Assembly (NCBI GenBank): GCA_963707025.1 | Contig: CAVPOM010000016.1 | Location: 124,047-188,046, forward strand | Direction: 5' to 3' | From: an uncultured Verrucomicrobiae bacterium | GTDB lineage: Bacteria > Verrucomicrobiota > Verrucomicrobiia > Limisphaerales > Palsa-1400 | DNA length: 64,000 nt | Part shown: positions 27,968 to 38,679 of the stretch, in pieces | Numbering within the stretch: the first letter of the stretch is position 1 | How the letters are laid out: each line of letters opens with the position of its first letter | Notes under the pieces: model-generated | The model's database searches: none | What the model was told of the DNA's origin: nothing | Seen by the model: only the letters and a program-made list of their open reading frames with translations | Made by a program: the position numbers and the translations under genes

Positions 27968-29290
27968 CTACCGCGCTGGCGGTGAGGCGGGCACCCCGCG
28001 CGCGGGCGGCGGCGTGTAGGGTGCGGCGGAGTCAAGGCCGGCGCCGGTCACGTCATTGGTGGCGACGAGCGGGCCGGTCAATCCGGTCACGCTCAAGCCG
28101 CTCAACCGGACATTGCGGACGTGTTGCAGGGAGATGCCGTGGCTGCATTGGCCGGTTATATTTTCCAGGATCAGGCCGTCCAGCGGCTTTTCGACCGGAA
28201 TCTGCGTAACGTCCGCCAGGGTGCCGCCCGCCACGCGAATATTGGAAAACTGGAAATTCCGGCCCTCGGGAATGCCGGGCAATCCGTCCACTGGATCGTC
28301 GGCGGTGTTTCTGTTGCCGGCGCTGGCCAGGTTAATGCGGAGAAAGTTGCCCGACGAAATCTCCAGATCGTCACCGATGATGTTCTCGTTGACACCGGCG
28401 CGGCCGATTCGTGATTTGACGTAAATGGCAAAGGAGCGCGGCGCGCTCAGTTTGCAATGCTCGATGCGCACGTTGCGCACACCGGCGGAAGTTTCACTGC
28501 CAATGCCGATGCAGGCAAAGGTGCGGCAATTCAAAGTGCAGTTTTTGATCAGGACGTCTTCCGTTGGTTTTGCAATCCGCGCGCCGTCCAGGCCGCGACC
28601 GGATTTAAGGCTGATGGAGTCATCGCCGGTATCCAGATGGCAGCCTTCCACGCGGACGTTTTTGCAGGAATCAATGTCAATGCCGTCGCGGCTGCCGCGG
28701 ATTTGGAGGTTGGTGATTTCGACATCTGAGCAGTAGGTGGGGTGGGCCGCCCAGTTGCCCCCCTGGCTGACGCTGAAACCTTCCCAACGGAGGTCCTGGC
28801 ACGAAATCGGTTCGAGCACGACCGAGCCGCGCGGGTTCTGCGGAGCGGCGACGCCGGGATTTCCTTCGATGCGGCCGGGGCCAATGATGCCGGTATGATC
28901 CACGTTGGCCGAGTAAATCAGGGCGCGCCGTCCGGGTTGCCAGCGGCCCTCCCAGCGGATGTCCATCGTCGGATAATCCGCCGCATCCGGACTGCCGACG
29001 AGGATGCTCTCGGGCTGGAGGCGGAGGATCGTGCGGTTGCCCATCTGGATGCTGCCTATCAGATACCTGCCCGCAGGAACGACGACTTCACCGCCGCCGG
29101 AAACGGCACAAGTATCGAGAGCTTTTTGAAAGGCGGCGGTGTCCTTGTTGGTGCCGTCGCCGACCGCGCCAAAATCGCGGACGCTGAAAGATCGGGGCGT
29201 CTGAGCTGTCAAGGGCAAAGGGCGCACCACGAGCAAGGCAGCCAGTGCGGACACAGCAATTCGCACAGAGAGATAGGTCGGCTGGCTCAT
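27968..29290 (-). CDS. GH28-family glycoside hydrolase (polygalacturonase-like), secreted
   Basis: SVRDFGAVGDG, DGIDIDS, TGDDSISLKSG, IGSETS, YVKSRIGR. Confidence 0.85.
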   Translation of the reverse strand: MSQPTYLSVRIAVSALAALLVVRPLPLTAQTPRSFSVRDFGAVGDGTNKDTAAFQKALDTCAVSGGGEVVVPAGRYLIGSIQMGNRTILRLQPESILVGSPDAADYPTMDIRWEGRWQPGRRALIYSANVDHTGIIGPGRIEGNPGVAAPQNPRGSVVLEPISCQDLRWEGFSVSQGGNWAAHPTYCSDVEITNLQIRGSRDGIDIDSCKNVRVEGCHLDTGDDSISLKSGRGLDGARIAKPTEDVLIKNCTLNCRTFACIGIGSETSAGVRNVRIEHCKLSAPRSFAIYVKSRIGRAGVNENIIGDDLEISSGNFLRINLASAGNRNTADDPVDGLPGIPEGRNFQFSNIRVAGGTLADVTQIPVEKPLDGLILENITGQCSHGISLQHVRNVRLSGLSVTGLTGPLVATNDVTGAGLDSAAPYTPPPARGVPASPPAR

Positions 29291-29602
29291 GGAGCATGAC
29301 GAAGCTGAATCAATTCGACAGGAAAGTCAAGTTTTGCCCAACAGTATCAGCCAAAGTATGACGCCTCGGGTGTTGAATACCGGCAATGGAATTAGTGCTG
29401 AGAACAACTTGACCGCAGCGGCCGGAAGTTGTATCTTGCGCGCCAATTTCCTGATTGCCATGACAACTTTGGTCCATGTCTGCTTCGCCGGGTTTCAGAC
29501 GAAGTGCTCGCCCCCAACCCCGGCGCGGCGACGAAAAGTGTGCGGTAACCCGTGTCGTCTGCCCAACGCGTAAACCACTAACATAAACAAGGAACCCAGG
29601 CC

Positions 29603-32600
29603 ATGAAAAGCACCCGGCACGCCAGCGATTATCAGACACCCCAACCCCGCATGCGCCGGAGCAGGCGTTTTTGCCGGGACCAATGGATTGTTCTAGCTAT
29701 GGGCGCCTTGGGATGCCTGGGGACGAGGCCCGGGCAGGCGCAACAGGTGATTTTTCCGTTGCCGTTTTATGAACCGTTTCCCAGCGCGGTATCCATTGCC
29801 AACACTTCACCCAATGGCTATGCCTATGCCAATAACGAAGAGTTGGGCCAGCCGCTGAGCGAAGGCATCGGCGGCTATGCCGCCTGTTCCTCCAATGTCT
29901 GGACCATTGGCAACAGCATCAGCAGCTCTTGCGGCCGGATCTTATGCACCAATGGTGTATCGGGCCTGGAATACCCCGGCCTGACCAACGTGGACGCCGC
30001 CTATCAAACCGGCCTGTTCACCCTCTACTCCAAGGACACTTCTTCCACCAAGAACCGCGGCGTCGCGATGGCCATACCGACCAACAATCCGGGCGCGCCG
30101 GAGGCGATCTACGCCTCCCTGCTGATCAACATTCAGACAAATCGGAACGCCGCCGGCACGCTGCCCTATCCATTTTTCGGTTTAACCACCTCCACCTCTG
30201 GCACCTCTGTCAATCAAAACGGCGCGTCCATTTTTCTGAACAGTTCCTTGCAATTGCAGCTTTCCAAGAACTCGGCCACGCCGGCCCCGGCTGCGACCGC
30301 TCCGCTCCAGGTCAGCAACACCTGCCTGATTGTCATGCGCTACCAGTACAACAATACGAATGCTCCTCCCAACACTAACGACGAGGTGGATCTGTGGGTC
30401 AATCCGATTGCCTTGGGCACCAACGCGGTTCCTCCACCGACGATTTCCATCACTAACAATGCCAATCTGGCGTCAAATTACTTTCACGGGATCGGCATAT
30501 ACGAATTACCCAACCCGCCCCAAATCTATATGGACGAGATTCGGGTGGCGACCAATTGGGCCGGGGTTACTCCCGCCTTTCCTTCCCCCGGAACCATCTA
30601 CAGCGTCACCGGCGGCGGTGCGGGCGGCACTGTGGAGTGCGGATCCTCCAGCGTCAACGTTGGCTTGAGCGGTTCGGATGTGGGGGTGGACTATTATCTT
30701 TATATGAATGCAATCGAAGTCACCAACAGCAGCGGACCTGTCTTCGTCCCCGGCACCGGCACCGCCATCTCCTTCGGAGCGCAGACCGTGAGCGGGGATT
30801 ACACAGTGCTGGGCAGCAATAACGCGACGCTCAATGTGGGATGGATGAGCGGCGACGCCAACCTGTTGTTGCTGGTTCCGATTGCGATCACGGCGGAGCC
30901 CTTGCCGGTGAGCGTGCCGACGGGCGGGCTGGCGGCCTTCACCGTTGCCACCTCCGGCAACGGCCAGGTGTATCAGTGGTATAAAGGTGGCACGGCATTG
31001 GCCAACGGCGGCGAGTATTCGGGCGTCCAAACCTCCAATCTCGTCATTTATCCGGTGGGACCGGCGGATGCGGCCACGTCGGCCAACGGTTACTACGTCG
31101 TGGTCACGAATGCCTGCGCCTACTCGGCCACTTCGGTCACCAACGCGCTTGTGATCGGCACTCCGAACAACCTTTTTTGGGTGGGCGATGGTATTTCCAA
31201 TTTGTGGGATGTGGATACGTCCACCAATTGGGCCACATCCAGCGGCGGGGCCGCGACCTCGGTGTTTAATTTTGGCGACAATGTCACGCTTGACGACACT
31301 TCCTTCAACATCAACTTGGTGCTGAACAGCAGTTACCTGAGTCCCTCGACCATTACCGTCAACGGCAGCGGGAATGCTTACCTCTTGAACGGTCCTGGCG
31401 CCTTGACCGGCCCCGGCAGCATCCTCATGAATAGTACCGCCAGCCTGACCCTGGCCGCGCCCAACACGGAAACCGGCGGCCTTGTCATCAGCAACGGCGT
31501 TGTCACCTTCACCCGGTCGGCCTGCCTTGGCAATGGCCCGATCACCCTGGCGGGGGGCCAACTGGCCTCGCCGAACGTCGGCACCGTCGGCATCTCCAAT
31601 GTGGTCAATGTCACCGGCCCAGGCAGCACGATCGGGGTTAACAGCAGCGGCGGACAGAATCTATACCTAACCAACAACCTCGTCGGGACATCGGGCAATT
31701 TGACCCTTGTGAACAATACCACCCGGGCGGCGAATCCATTAATCTTCTTTCTGTATTCCAACCTGACCTTCAACCTGCCGGTGGACATCAATGTCGGGAC
31801 GCTCGGAGGAGAGTTGTACTTGACATCCGGGAACACCAACGGGGTCCAGTCCTGGACCGGCCTCATCAGCGATGCGGGCGGGGTGGAGAGAAACGGCGCC
31901 GGAGGCACCACGTTGTTAAACAACAGTTCGAACACCTATAGCGGCGGCACGGCGCTGATTAGCGGCAATCTTGCCGTGGGTGCCAGCACCGTGTTCGTAA
32001 CGCCGGCCACGGTGCCGCCCACCATTCAGTCCGGTCCTTTGGGGACCGGCCCGTTGGTCATTTCCACCAATTTGGTGTCGGGGGGGGCCGCCTTGGTCGC
32101 CTCGAACGGTCCGCAGTCGCTGGGCAACCCCATTGACTTTCAATTGGACATCGTGATACCGCCGTTCATAGTCGCCGGGTCACAGAGTCTGACGCTTGCC
32201 GGCGCCATAGACCTTTACGGAACCAACCGCACCCTGGAGGTTGACAACACCGGGGATACCACGCTGTCGGGTATCATTCTGGATAGCGTCAACGACGCGG
32301 CCATCGCCACGGCCCTCGCCAACTCCTTGCCGCCCCCAGCCCCCGGAGCTTTGACCAAGACGGGCGCGGGCACGTTGTTCTATGACGGCGTCGAGGCCGC
32401 CGGCTTGACGGATGCCAGCGGCAATCCGATCGTCTTCGGGACGATCACCAACCGGGCTGGCACCCTCGCCGGTGCGGGCACGCTGGCTGGTCCGGTGGTG
32501 GTGGCCAGCGGGGCCAATATCGGGGTGGGAGATCGGGCGCAGATCGGCACGCTGACCATCACCAACAACTTGACGTTGCAAGGTACCGCCACCTTCCGGA

Positions 32601-33052
32601 TCAGCAAGACCGGCACTACCCTGACCAGCGACCTCATCACGGGAATCAGCAACGTCGTTTACGGCGGCAGCTTGGTGGTGACAAACGCCGGCCCAACGCC
32701 CCTGGCGGTTAACGACAGCTTCCAACTGTTCAGTGCCGCCAGCTTTTCCGGCAACTTCACCAACATTACGAGCGGGTTTACCAACTACACCTTTAACCCG
32801 GCCACGGGTGTATTGACCGTGTCTCAGATCATCGCCAGCACTCCGACGAACATTTCCTTCAGCGTCAGCGGCGGCAACCTGAATCTGAGCTGGCCGGCAA
32901 ACTACCAGGGCTGGATCTTGCAAACCAATTCGGTCAGCGTTGCCAGCCCAAGCAACTGGTTCCCGTATCCCGGATCAACCTCGGTCTCCAGCGAAATCAT
33001 CCCGATCAGTCATAATAACACCAACGTGTATTTCCGGATGGTCGCGCCATAA
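29603..33052 (+). CDS. Large secreted protein with Ig-like domain and autotransporter-associated beta-strand repeats
   Basis: Signal peptide; YQWYKG...YYVVVTN; NTYSGGTALISG, LTKTGAGTL; C-terminal LNLSWP...VYFRMVAP. Confidence 0.85.
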   Translation: MKSTRHASDYQTPQPRMRRSRRFCRDQWIVLAMGALGCLGTRPGQAQQVIFPLPFYEPFPSAVSIANTSPNGYAYANNEELGQPLSEGIGGYAACSSNVWTIGNSISSSCGRILCTNGVSGLEYPGLTNVDAAYQTGLFTLYSKDTSSTKNRGVAMAIPTNNPGAPEAIYASLLINIQTNRNAAGTLPYPFFGLTTSTSGTSVNQNGASIFLNSSLQLQLSKNSATPAPAATAPLQVSNTCLIVMRYQYNNTNAPPNTNDEVDLWVNPIALGTNAVPPPTISITNNANLASNYFHGIGIYELPNPPQIYMDEIRVATNWAGVTPAFPSPGTIYSVTGGGAGGTVECGSSSVNVGLSGSDVGVDYYLYMNAIEVTNSSGPVFVPGTGTAISFGAQTVSGDYTVLGSNNATLNVGWMSGDANLLLLVPIAITAEPLPVSVPTGGLAAFTVATSGNGQVYQWYKGGTALANGGEYSGVQTSNLVIYPVGPADAATSANGYYVVVTNACAYSATSVTNALVIGTPNNLFWVGDGISNLWDVDTSTNWATSSGGAATSVFNFGDNVTLDDTSFNINLVLNSSYLSPSTITVNGSGNAYLLNGPGALTGPGSILMNSTASLTLAAPNTETGGLVISNGVVTFTRSACLGNGPITLAGGQLASPNVGTVGISNVVNVTGPGSTIGVNSSGGQNLYLTNNLVGTSGNLTLVNNTTRAANPLIFFLYSNLTFNLPVDINVGTLGGELYLTSGNTNGVQSWTGLISDAGGVERNGAGGTTLLNNSSNTYSGGTALISGNLAVGASTVFVTPATVPPTIQSGPLGTGPLVISTNLVSGGAALVASNGPQSLGNPIDFQLDIVIPPFIVAGSQSLTLAGAIDLYGTNRTLEVDNTGDTTLSGIILDSVNDAAIATALANSLPPPAPGALTKTGAGTLFYDGVEAAGLTDASGNPIVFGTITNRAGTLAGAGTLAGPVVVASGANIGVGDRAQIGTLTITNNLTLQGTATFRISKTGTTLTSDLITGISNVVYGGSLVVTNAGPTPLAVNDSFQLFSAASFSGNFTNITSGFTNYTFNPATGVLTVSQIIASTPTNISFSVSGGNLNLSWPANYQGWILQTNSVSVASPSNWFPYPGSTSVSSEIIPISHNNTNVYFRMVAP

Positions 33053-33064
33053 AGTTAAATACAT

Positions 33065-33102
33065 GCCCCCCGCGCCCCCGCGAAGGGCGCGGGGCTTTTT
33101 TT
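33065..33102 (+). terminator. Rho-independent terminator between convergent genes
   Basis: ccccgcgccc-loop-gggcgcgggg followed by a T run. Confidence 0.8.
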
Positions 33103-33116
33103 GCGCTGCGGCAGTT

Positions 33117-35090
33117 TTACGGAAGTTGCAGCGCGTAAAACCGGCGCCCGAAATTGGTTCCGGTCAAATTAGTAAAGAAGAAATTACCGCCGGCGTCGAA
33201 TTGGTTGGTGGCCACGGGCGTCCATTGGCTCAAAGGCACTTCAATGTTCGTTGAAGTCAGGACATGGTAACTGCCGTTGGTCACGCCGCCGGCGCCGCTG
33301 AGAACCAAATGGCCGCTGGCGGCGTCAAAAACGACGCCCGTAAACCGCGGCGGAGACGGCAGTGAATTGGAAACCACGAGCAGAACCTGTCCCATCGTAT
33401 TGGTGTCGAGCGCATAGGTGTAGCCTGCCAAGCCAGGCGTAGAACCCAAAACCGGCCGACCGCTCAGACTTCCCGTGTAAGTAAACAAAGCATAGTTGGT
33501 GGCGGTGAAACCGGCGCCGTTGGAGACGTTGATCGTGCTGTTGAGCGCCAGATTGCCCACGACCGTCACGGTACTGGCATTGGTTCCGAGGACAAAGGTC
33601 TGCGCCGTTGAACCTGGCAGCGCCAGACTGGTGGTGTCGGTCAGGATACCGGCGCTGATGGTAACCGGATTGGCGGCGAAGAGGTTGGTGCTGGCCAGGC
33701 TGGCGGTGGCATTCCAGAGCGCCAGGGAGTTTGTGCCGGCGGCTCCGCCGATCGTGATCGCCCGGCGGCCGGGTCCGGTGTTGCTGACGGTCAGGCCGGC
33801 GTTGCAGAGCGTAAGAGTATTGCCGCCGGCAAAATCAAATTCGCAGTCAATAATATTGACTTCCCTGACGTTATACAGGTCAAACGTCTGCGGAGCGGTG
33901 TTGGTGACGCGGATGAGCGTGACGTTGGAGATGGGCATTTCCGTGGGTCCCCAGATGATTCCCCCAATATCGCCGCCGGGGGAACTGGCGAACAAATTGC
34001 TGATGGTGATGTCGCGCCAGAGGGGAGTGGCCGCCACCACCGGCGCCGCGTTGGAAGCCGCCAGGACCTCCGCGGGCGTGATGTGGTCGGGCGTGCCGGT
34101 GTCGTTGTAATAACTATAGATGACAACCGGCAGATTCACGTTGGTCATGGCGAGGCTGAGATAATTGAGGTTTCTCACCGGGGCGCTGCTGCTCATGTTG
34201 CATTTCATCCGGATGCCGTTTTCGGTGCCGTCGAAACTGCAGTTGATGACCGTCAAATTGGTGATGCCGGTCGTGACGCCGCTGCCGATGGAAACGCCAT
34301 GGCCGCTGCCAAAAGTGCAATTGGTGATGAGCAGATCGTTGATCGGTCCGGTCGAGCCCAGGGCGATGTTGTCGTCGCCATCGCTGATGTGGCAGTTCTC
34401 GATGATGCTGTTGGTGGCGACGAAATTGAGCCCGTCGGTGTTCGGGGAAGGCGAAGGCGTGTTGACCGTCAGATTGCTGATCGTAATGTTGCCGCCGTTC
34501 TCCCGCAGGCCGCAGTGGTGATAGGGCGGATTTTGAAAGGTAATGTCGTGAATAAAAAGACGGTTGCAGGAATACAAGTTCAGCATCATGGGACGGACCA
34601 AACCGCCATTGGTGGCGTAAGCCGCCCACCAGGCCGCGCCCTGCCCGTCAATCTTCCCCCACCCGCTGATTTCCAGGTCGTGGACGTTGTCGCAGCCGAT
34701 AAAGGTCTGGGCGCCGGTGGCGCCGCCGGGATAGGTCCCGAAGGGCAGCATCTGCAACATGGCATTGCTGTCCACCTGTAAGTCAATGCTACTGAGCAGG
34801 GTGATGGGGCCGCTCAAATAAGTGCCGGGCGGGATCTCGACGATGCCTCCGCCGGCGGCGCTGGCGGCGTTGATGGCGTTTTGAATATTGGTGGTGTTGT
34901 CTTGCACGCCGTCACCGATGGCGCCGTAATTCGTGATCACGAAAACATTGGCAGGAATGCCCGGCAACGCGGGGTTGGCAGCGTGAACCGGGCCAAGCGC
35001 GGTCAAAACGAACACAAGGAAGACAGCGGCACGAAGCATGGCATCGGAATTGAAACACGATGCGATACCGCGGCCCTGTTCGTCAGTCAT
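33117..35090 (-). CDS. GH28 polygalacturonase with C-terminal extension
   Basis: ITNYGAIGDG, NTDG, GDDNIA, GHGVSIGS, GIRMK; C-terminal LTSTN...W...RRFYALQLP. Confidence 0.88.
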   Translation of the reverse strand: MTDEQGRGIASCFNSDAMLRAAVFLVFVLTALGPVHAANPALPGIPANVFVITNYGAIGDGVQDNTTNIQNAINAASAAGGGIVEIPPGTYLSGPITLLSSIDLQVDSNAMLQMLPFGTYPGGATGAQTFIGCDNVHDLEISGWGKIDGQGAAWWAAYATNGGLVRPMMLNLYSCNRLFIHDITFQNPPYHHCGLRENGGNITISNLTVNTPSPSPNTDGLNFVATNSIIENCHISDGDDNIALGSTGPINDLLITNCTFGSGHGVSIGSGVTTGITNLTVINCSFDGTENGIRMKCNMSSSAPVRNLNYLSLAMTNVNLPVVIYSYYNDTGTPDHITPAEVLAASNAAPVVAATPLWRDITISNLFASSPGGDIGGIIWGPTEMPISNVTLIRVTNTAPQTFDLYNVREVNIIDCEFDFAGGNTLTLCNAGLTVSNTGPGRRAITIGGAAGTNSLALWNATASLASTNLFAANPVTISAGILTDTTSLALPGSTAQTFVLGTNASTVTVVGNLALNSTINVSNGAGFTATNYALFTYTGSLSGRPVLGSTPGLAGYTYALDTNTMGQVLLVVSNSLPSPPRFTGVVFDAASGHLVLSGAGGVTNGSYHVLTSTNIEVPLSQWTPVATNQFDAGGNFFFTNLTGTNFGRRFYALQLP

Positions 35091-35497
35091 TTGGTTTCCA
35101 GCCATCGGCGCCTTTCAGGATATGTTCCACCGTACAAGCCTTGGCCTGGTCATCGGTTAATTGCCGGGTCCGTTTGAAACGCGCGTCCGGGTTCGGTCTG
35201 ATTGAGAGCGCAAGTGAGGATCGCTTTTTCTGTATCCGCCCCGGCAAAGTGAAGGTGTCGCTTGGTTTTCGGCACGATGATCTGCCCCTGATACGTGCCG
35301 GGCTTGATGAAAATGACGAAGACGTTCGAGCCGTTGTCCGGCGCCGCGGCAAGGGCGGAGTGAAGATTGGTGCAGGCGCCTGAGCCGCCCTCGGCCACGA
35401 CGGCATCATAATTCGCGGCGGCCTTCCGCGAAATTCCCGCGCCCAACATCACCGCTGGAGTGGCCCGGCCCCGGACGCGCGAAGCGTGATTTCTCAT
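35083..35497 (-). pseudogene. Pectinesterase (CE8) remnant with large internal deletion
   Basis: N-terminus AVVAEGGSG...IFIKPGTY...LHFAG..TEKAILT and, in another frame, the C-terminus RQLTDDQAKACTVEHILKGADGWKP; catalytic core absent. Confidence 0.75.
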
Positions 35498-35518
35498 AAA
35501 GTTAAGATATAACTTTGG

Positions 35519-36784
35519 TCATTCCAGACCGGTCGGCTTGGCGTCGTAAAGAATCAGCTTCTCACCTCGTTCCACCTGGATTTGCGAAGAGGAGAATTGA
35601 ATCTCCCGCGCGAAATAAATCTGCAACCCGGTGGCAGCCGAGATGTTCACCTGATCCAATGTCACATTGGAAACGGGCGCTTCCGGCAGGCCGTAAATGG
35701 TGCCGGCGGTCGGACAATTGCTGGCGGTCAGATTGCGGATGGTGATGTTCCTGTCAATCGGGGTGCGATCATTGACCGGGACGTTGGTCGAGGTGGAAGG
35801 ATCCTTGGGCGCGGTACTCTCCGGGTAATAGTCAACAATGTAAATGGGATGCTTCACATTATTCATGGTCAGGTTGGCGTAGGTGCAATTTTGCAGCACC
35901 CCTCCCCGGCCTCGCCCACTCTTAATGCGGATGCCGGAATCGGTGCCATCGAACGTGCAATTGCTGACGGACATGTCTTCCAACCCGCCGGAAGATCCGG
36001 ACCCAACCGACATGCCGTGCCCGTGGAGAAAGACGCAATTCCGAATCGTGAAGTTTTTGTCGCCAGGAGAGCGCGCGCTGCCGGGCTTGACCGCGATGTT
36101 GTCGTCACCCACATCAATGTGGCAGCCCTCGATCAGAAAATTCCATCCCGAGGGATCAATGCCGTCGGTATTGGGCGAGGGGAAAGTGGCTCCGATGGTC
36201 ATGCCGCGGATGGTCACATTGATGCAGTTTTGCGGGACGAGATGAAACATCGGCGAATTGGTCAGCGTGATGCCCAACACAGCCACATTGCTGCAATCCG
36301 AGAAACTGAGGAGGTTGGGACGATGGGTCATCGCGCTGTTGGCGCGAAATTCGGCCCACCATTTCGCCCCCTGGCCGTCAATCACTCCCTCCCCGCTGAT
36401 TTCCAAATCATGCGCCCGGGTGGCGCTGATCCCGTTCTGGTAGCGGGCGCCGCGAACGGGATAGGTGGCAAGATTGTCGCTCAGGAGCAATCTGGCATTT
36501 TTGTCCAGATGGAAATTGAGGCTGCTGGCCAATGTGAACGGCCCGGTCAAGTAATTCCCCGCCGACACCGCCACGGTTCCCCCGCCCGCCGCGGCGCAGG
36601 CGTCCACGGCCTTCTGAATGGCGGCAGTGTTCAGCGTCCGGCCGTCGCCTACGGCGCCATAATTCGTTATGTTGAACGTCGCTGCCGGAATGACCGGCAA
36701 AGGGATGCTTTGAGCGGAGAGAGGCGACGTCTTCTGCGCCAGCATGACAGCAAGCGCAAGGAGCGTGGCGTTTGGGAAAGTCAT
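35519..36784 (-). CDS. GH28 polygalacturonase, secreted
   Basis: ITNYGAVGDG, NSPMFH, NTDGIDP, GDDNIAVK, GHGMSVGS, GIRIKS. Confidence 0.92.
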   Translation of the reverse strand: MTFPNATLLALAVMLAQKTSPLSAQSIPLPVIPAATFNITNYGAVGDGRTLNTAAIQKAVDACAAAGGGTVAVSAGNYLTGPFTLASSLNFHLDKNARLLLSDNLATYPVRGARYQNGISATRAHDLEISGEGVIDGQGAKWWAEFRANSAMTHRPNLLSFSDCSNVAVLGITLTNSPMFHLVPQNCINVTIRGMTIGATFPSPNTDGIDPSGWNFLIEGCHIDVGDDNIAVKPGSARSPGDKNFTIRNCVFLHGHGMSVGSGSSGGLEDMSVSNCTFDGTDSGIRIKSGRGRGGVLQNCTYANLTMNNVKHPIYIVDYYPESTAPKDPSTSTNVPVNDRTPIDRNITIRNLTASNCPTAGTIYGLPEAPVSNVTLDQVNISAATGLQIYFAREIQFSSSQIQVERGEKLILYDAKPTGLE

Positions 36785-36859
36785 GCTAATGAAGTTAAAC
36801 GAATCATTCGCCTGTAGCAACTTCTAATAGGTTCGTGCCGGCACGTTCAGCGTTGTGCA

Positions 36860-37330
36860 TCATTTTCGCGGCCAGCGCCGTGCCATCCTGTATGACTTCC
36901 TCGGCATCCTCACAACCGTCGAAATTGACGGCGGCCGGGATAGGGGAACGGATTCTGGGAACAACTTCTGTGCATAATACGTCTCCTGCAAAGGGGCCCA
37001 GATGAGCTTGCGGCTGCGGATGAGATCGAATGCCTTGTCTTTCATGGCCGATTTCCAGAGGGCCTGTGTCGGGCCGGTTTTGGGTGGACTCATTGCTTCC
37101 ATGACATTTTGCCATGTGCGGCTTGCCGGGGTTGGGTAGCTGTGCTGCGAATAGACCTGGGCGATTTGCAGGTTCATTTCGACATGGCGGACGGCTTCGT
37201 TCCGGGCCTCAATCAGGCGCTGGGCTTCGCCGGCGTCATTGATTCCCAGGTTCTCCCGCTTTTTGGTGAGGGTGTCGAAACAGTAATAGGCATCGCGGAT
37301 TCCGCGATAGATGAGACGATAGCGCTTCAT
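36860..37330 (-). pseudogene. N-terminal fragment of a tyrosine integrase
   Basis: MKRYRLIYRG...YYCFDTLTKKRENLG...EAQRLIEARNEA...NLQIAQVY...RTWQNVM...AMKDKAFD resembles the N-terminal region of integrases in this lineage; no catalytic domain; starts 165 bp from the att core. Confidence 0.7.
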
Positions 37331-37426
37331 AACGGTTGATCGTAAATGAAGTGCGAGCGTTCGAGTTAGCGCGTACTGGCGTAACCCTGACAGCATTCTG
37401 GCATGATTCTGACATCATAGCCAGGG

Positions 37427-37708
37427 TGGTGTCCAAAATGGTGTCCGCCGCCGCTCTCTCCTCTCCAACCCATTGTGTTACAACACATTGGAAATGGAGC
37501 CAGTTGCCGGACTTGGGCTTTCCATTCCGTTCTGGCCTTCCACTCGGTAACTCCACCAAATGAAGAGGTTGCGAATAAAATTCGCACTGCATTTACGAGG
37601 GAGAATATGCCATGAATGCATCCAGAATTCAAGACAATTCCGTCACTATTTTTCAGAATTCGTCTTTACTCATTTGGTGTCCAAAATGGTGTCCATTTTG
37701 GTGTCCAA
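37427..37708. repeat. TGGTGTCC direct repeats on both sides of the att core (putative integrase arm-type sites)
   Basis: tggtgtccaaaatggtgtcc at 37427-37446 and tggtgtccaaaatggtgtccattttggtgtccaa at 37675-37708. Confidence 0.75.
37495..37515 (-). mobile_element. att core: 3' end of a tRNA (possibly tRNA-Thr)
   Basis: Minus strand reads CAAGT-CCGGC-AACTGGC-T-CCA: partial T-loop, 5-nt T-stem strand, 7-nt acceptor strand, discriminator, CCA; the 5' part of the tRNA is absent. Confidence 0.75.
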
Positions 37709-37901
37709 TCTCGGAGAGTCGGCAAACACGCCGACATTCACTTTCCTTTCCGCTCAAAGGAAAGGGCGCAGAGCGAAAAGGCCAGCGCGAGCGGAACTGG
37801 AGTCCATGAGGTCAAAGACCTTTGGCGCGGGTCTGGGCCGGCGTGAGGCCCGGCGCCGGGGTTTGGGGACGGCGCAGTCCCCAAGAAAACCAATCTGAGG
37901 T

Positions 37902-38541
37902 TTAGGAAGGTCGAATTCGTTGTCGAATTGAATTCAGGTGGTATTCGTCGGTTTCGAGGGATCGGCGCATCCGGGCCATTTCAACGCGGCCAATCAAGCA
38001 GGCCATTGTAGGTTGGTCAAACAGGATGGGACGTTCTGCGGAAAGGCACGCAATCAATTCAGGAAGTTTCAGTACCGGTGGGCCCAAGATTGGATTTGAA
38101 GTCGGCATCGGCAGTGAAAACAACCAGCGGAACGAAAGCGTCGGGGGACAGGCTCAAGAGCACCTGTAAAGCCTTTACATGAGCGTAGTTTTGGCGAATT
38201 GGGTTCTGAAATCGGCATTTCTTCCTGTAAATCACTTGAGTCCACTGCGGGTCGTCGGCACGACCGAAAATCCAGCCGCTGTAGTGCTTGGTTTCGATCA
38301 CGAAAATCCCGGTATCGGCCACCAGGATATGATCAATCTGCGTCGTTCCCCGCTGGTTTTCGAAAGTCACGTTGTTAAGCAAAACGTGGGGGCGTTGAAA
38401 ATTGCCGCCGATGGCGTTGGCAACCAAGGCTTCGCCGATGTTGCGGCGCAAATGTTGAAAACGGCCAGCAAGTAAGCCAATCGCCATGCCCCCCAGAAGC
38501 GTGAGGAGAGCCAACAATGCGGCAACGAAAATCGGAATCAC
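37902..38541 (-). pseudogene. NERD-domain nuclease-related protein, frameshift near 38085
   Basis: N-terminal TM; GEALV, TTQIDHILV..TGIFVIETKHYSGWIFG, FQNPIRQN; C-terminus continues in the 37902..38123 frame. Confidence 0.8.
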
Positions 38542-38679
38542 GGTGTATTCAATTTCAGGTTGAATTGCACCCTAACAAGCTGTGGCCGTCAAACTCAAAT
38601 CAGCGCCCTAAACAAGTCCCCAACGACAGAAAAACGGCTGAACCGCTGCCAATCCAGCCGGGTGGGTTTGTCCGGGCGG

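Noticed and set aside
37440..37580. Complete tRNA gene
   Set aside because: Only the last 21 nt fit; no D arm, anticodon arm or 5' acceptor strand upstream on the minus strand
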